DNA from: Yuukianura sp. NJ FZ-2021
Taxonomy: Eukaryota
Direction of reading: 5' to 3'
Length of the DNA stretch: 64,000 nt
Assembly (NCBI GenBank): GCA_046563655.1
Contig: CM102289.1
Span: forward strand, 3,782,001-3,846,000
The notes under the pieces are model-generated. The model ran no database searches. It was not told the DNA's origin and saw only the letters and a list, made by a program, of their open reading frames with translations. Made by a program: the position numbers and the translations under genes. Position 1 is the first letter of the stretch, and each line of letters starts with the position of its first letter. Below, in pieces: positions 63,801 through 64,000 of the stretch.

Positions 63801-64000
63801 AGGAATGAAAATTAACACAATAATAGGGGAGATTGACAGATGACGTTTCCACTTTATCCCCATCATTTCATTTTTCTCTCGAAATTTCAAATGATTGGAA
63901 TTGGAAAGATTAATTCATTTGACCACATAACCCACATTGAAAGAATAGCTTGTTTCAAATAAAAGATTATAATCCTCCGCGGATTAACCCGGCTTGGATT

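Overview
Eukaryotic, AT-rich, intron-containing animal genomic DNA. Many introns are short (about 60-130 nt) and the gene content is arthropod-like; a compact hexapod genome such as a springtail is an inference, not a proven assignment. Exons were joined by hand using splice signals and codon phase, giving seven genes: an orphan 2-exon gene (6032-6461, +); a secreted Cys-rich DUF4789-like gene (11710-13595, +); a Rab-effector-type zinc-finger gene (MyRIP/melanophilin-like) with three phase-compatible alternative first exons and a coding tandem repeat (14773-23578, +); a 21-exon SLC4/AE-type anion exchanger with two GC-AG introns (24134-30182, -); an R4-like RGS gene (34842-41761, -); a secreted bacterial-type CAP/SCP gene with one intron, a horizontal-transfer candidate (47119-47645, +); and the 3' part of spire (49500-60857, -, 5' end probably outside the window). 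Non-coding features include two MITEs with 8-bp target-site duplications, a third TIR-bounded element, a dense local family of GGAGGGAGTAACTA inverted-repeat motifs (12.2-19.5 kb) and a near-perfect intronic hairpin carrying two CRE sites. No rRNA, tRNA or CRISPR array was seen. No database searches were run; family assignments come from recognising motifs.
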